A DNA stretch of 64,000 bases from Heterodontus francisci (Eukaryota), in assembly GCF_036365525.1 (NCBI RefSeq), contig NC_090382.1, positions 79,623,223-79,687,222 on the forward strand. Direction: 5' to 3'. The translations under genes and the position numbers were made by a program. The notes beneath the pieces are model-generated. The model saw only the letters and a list, made by a program, of their open reading frames with translations, was not told the origin of the DNA and did no database searches. Below are positions 61,610-64,000 of this stretch, one piece after another. Numbering within the stretch: position 1 is the first letter of the stretch; each line of letters begins with the position of its first letter.

Positions 61610-63399
61610 TGAATTATTATTAATTTGGGGGAAAACTGGAGACTGAGCAGGTAGAAAATGTAATTTTAAAGTATTCGGGTGGATTTATTAAAAGTGAAAT
61701 AAGTTTTCCCTAATGGATCAGTGGGTAAATGCACCATGTGACATGGTACTGAGTCATGTAAAACAGGAATGTCCTAGGTTTAGCATTTGGTCTATGTTAT
61801 CAAATGTCAACTGGGACTAGGTGGTGGGTGCTCCGATATTCCTTAGTTCCCTTGGGCTAGAGAAGAGAAATATTAGACCGGGCTTCTGCTTGCTGGAAGT
61901 AATGCTGTTGCTGAGGATAGATTTGGGCCTCTTGGAATCGCAACCTACAATTCTCTACACTAATCCCTCACGAAGTATCCTGGAGAAGATGGGCATGTGT
62001 TTTTGTAAAACCCCCTCAGCAACAGCAGTGAATTAAGCAATTGGTGACAAGTAAGTTTGGCGTCTGGCATTGAACTTGGACATTGTGAACATCAATGTGA
62101 CTACTATACTGCAAATTGTTCGCTGTGGGCCTTTCTGCCACACTGAAGGTGGATGCCTGTTATATAGCTGAGGAGGAAACCGTTGAGACTTGTAAGGATA
62201 GCTAATGAAGGTCCGATCTAGAGGTTGGCAATGAGAGTTGGATTGCACATTGCTGATGCTGAAGCCTTGCACCTCTGACTGATGGAACCACTGTCAGTCG
62301 GTTATAGTGTCTGTCGTGTATTTACAAAAATGGTCACAGTGCACTTATATTTTATGGTGACTTATGTATTGTCATCCAGACCTCATTAATTAGCATTTTA
62401 GCTGAGGATATTTTTGGATTAGTAGTTCCAGAATGGCCTGAAGGTTGTTTGTGTGCAAGCATGGATTCCACTGATATCAACGACTCTAAGGTTGCCATGG
62501 TACTCATATTTGGAATGAATAGGGAAAGATTACTTCCTCTGGTTTTGGAGAAGTGGTCAGGTCTTCATCACTTTAAAAATATCACTGGGTAGAGAAGTTA
62601 GAAGAAATTTCTTTATGCAGAAAGTTGTTAGAGCATAAAATGCTTTATCACAGGCAATGGTTGAGACAGAGACAATTCCATGTTTTAAGGAAAAAAATAG
62701 TATAAATACTTGAAACTGGAAAATAGAAGGATGTTAGGAAAGAATGGTGTGATTAACTTCAGTTTGCTCAGCATAGATACAATGGGCCGAATGGCCTCAT
62801 GGAGCTGAAAACTTCTATGGTGTCATAAAATACTTGGCCAATCTTTGGGTTTTATGAGGGAAGCTGGAAAATGCACCAAATGCAATTTGTGTCATTTTAT
62901 TCCTTATAATACAACTTAAAATACACTCTCATAGTGATTAATTTTCATAAATCACAGTTGAAGCCATTAGTTTTCAGTTTTCACAGAAAAGCAAAGTGAA
63001 CTGTGGAATGTGATCCCAAACAATAATAAAAATTGTGAATTCCAAAGAAATAAAAAGGAATTTAACTTATTCAGTTGGTCATAGACCTTTATTCAGGGCT
63101 GATTTTCAGTTGTAAGTTGCTTTTTCAAAGGTTGGTTCTTTGCAGGTTGCGTCAACCTTTTCAAAGCTGTTCATTAGCTTTTCTGAGTTTAGTAGGTTAT
63201 GCTTCTTGTGAGGAGTTTCTGACCAGCAAAAGAGCTCAAAGCTTTGTTTATCTGTTGATAAACAGCAACAATTGACTATCCTTCTTGGGGTGGCAAATGG
63301 AGTTGGCTCCAAGATGACATGAATGACGACGGAAGATTAGAATTCAGTCAACTCTCCTTGGTAGACTCTAATTTGCAAACTGAGCCATTCAGGTAGTTA

Positions 63400-63880
63400 A
63401 AACAAAAGCAACATACTCCGGATACTGGAAATCTGCACGACACGTTGGCACAGTGGTTAGCACCGGAGCCTCACAGCTCCAGCGACCCGGGTTCAATTCT
63501 GGGTACTGCCTGTGTGGAGTTTGCAAGTTCTCCCTATGTCTGCGTGGGTTTTCTCCGGGTGCTCCGGTTTCCTCCCACAAGCCAAAAGACTTGCAGGTTG
63601 GTAGGTAAATTGGCCATTCTAAATTTGCCACTAATATAGGTAGGTGGTAGTGAAATATAGGGACAGGTGGGGATGTTTGGTAGGAATATGGGATTAGTGT
63701 AGGATTAGTATAAATGGGTGGTTGATGGTCGGCACAGACTCGGTGGGCCGAAGGGCTTGTTTCAGTGCTGTATCTCTAAACTAAACTAAACTAAACTAAA
63801 CTAAAATGTTGGAAATGCTCAGCTGGCCGGGCATCTGTGGAGAGATAAACCGAGTTAACATTTCAGGTCTTTGATCTTCC
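63400..63880 (-). mobile_element. Short Penelope-like element split by an HE1 SINE
   Basis: AAAAGCAACATACT..GATACTGGAAATCTG before, TGTTGGAAATGCTCAGC..GCATCTGTGGAGAGA..GAGTTAACATTTCAGGTC after the SINE. Confidence 0.65.
63436..63805 (+). mobile_element. HE1-type V-SINE, (CTAAA)n tail variant
   Basis: Same head and V-domain as other copies; longer middle; CTAAA repeats at ~63776-63805. Confidence 0.9.
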
Positions 63881-64000
63881 ATTTGAACTTCAAACCACAG
63901 GTCTTCAAATCTCCAGGACACTGTTCATAATTGACCAGACAACCTGGCAGTTAAAGAGATCTGGATGGGTAGATCTGTCACAGGGGATTGAGATTCTTCC

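Overview
Eukaryotic genomic DNA, almost certainly from an elasmobranch (shark), judged by its HE1-type V-SINEs, Deu-domain SacSINE1-like SINEs and HER1/CR1 LINEs. Three spliced genes can be reconstructed by eye. CDKN2AIPNL is on + with 3 coding exons (8348-11135). The RAD6 ubiquitin-conjugating enzyme UBE2B is on - with 6 coding exons (49886-23820, 152 aa). The first coding exon of a CDKL kinase is on + (61433-61600, CDKL3 by synteny). The order and orientation match the human 5q31 CDKL3-UBE2B-CDKN2AIPNL block as I recall it. UBE2B and CDKL3 probably share a bidirectional promoter (~49.9-51.0 kb) with phased CCAAT boxes, an RFX X-box and a GC-box minisatellite. Much of the rest is nested transposable elements: CR1 LINEs, a Tx1/L1 element with a 14-bp TSD, solo LTRs, hAT and Harbinger-like MITEs, and SINEs. 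The most notable observation is a family of seven short (100-200 bp) non-coding insertions. Several have 13-15 bp TSDs, and several begin with a minimal hammerhead-ribozyme core (CUGAUGA-stem II-GAAAC). Two occur as self-inverted copies, which fits non-autonomous Penelope-like retroelements. Most ORFs in the supplied track are TE fragments or spurious.
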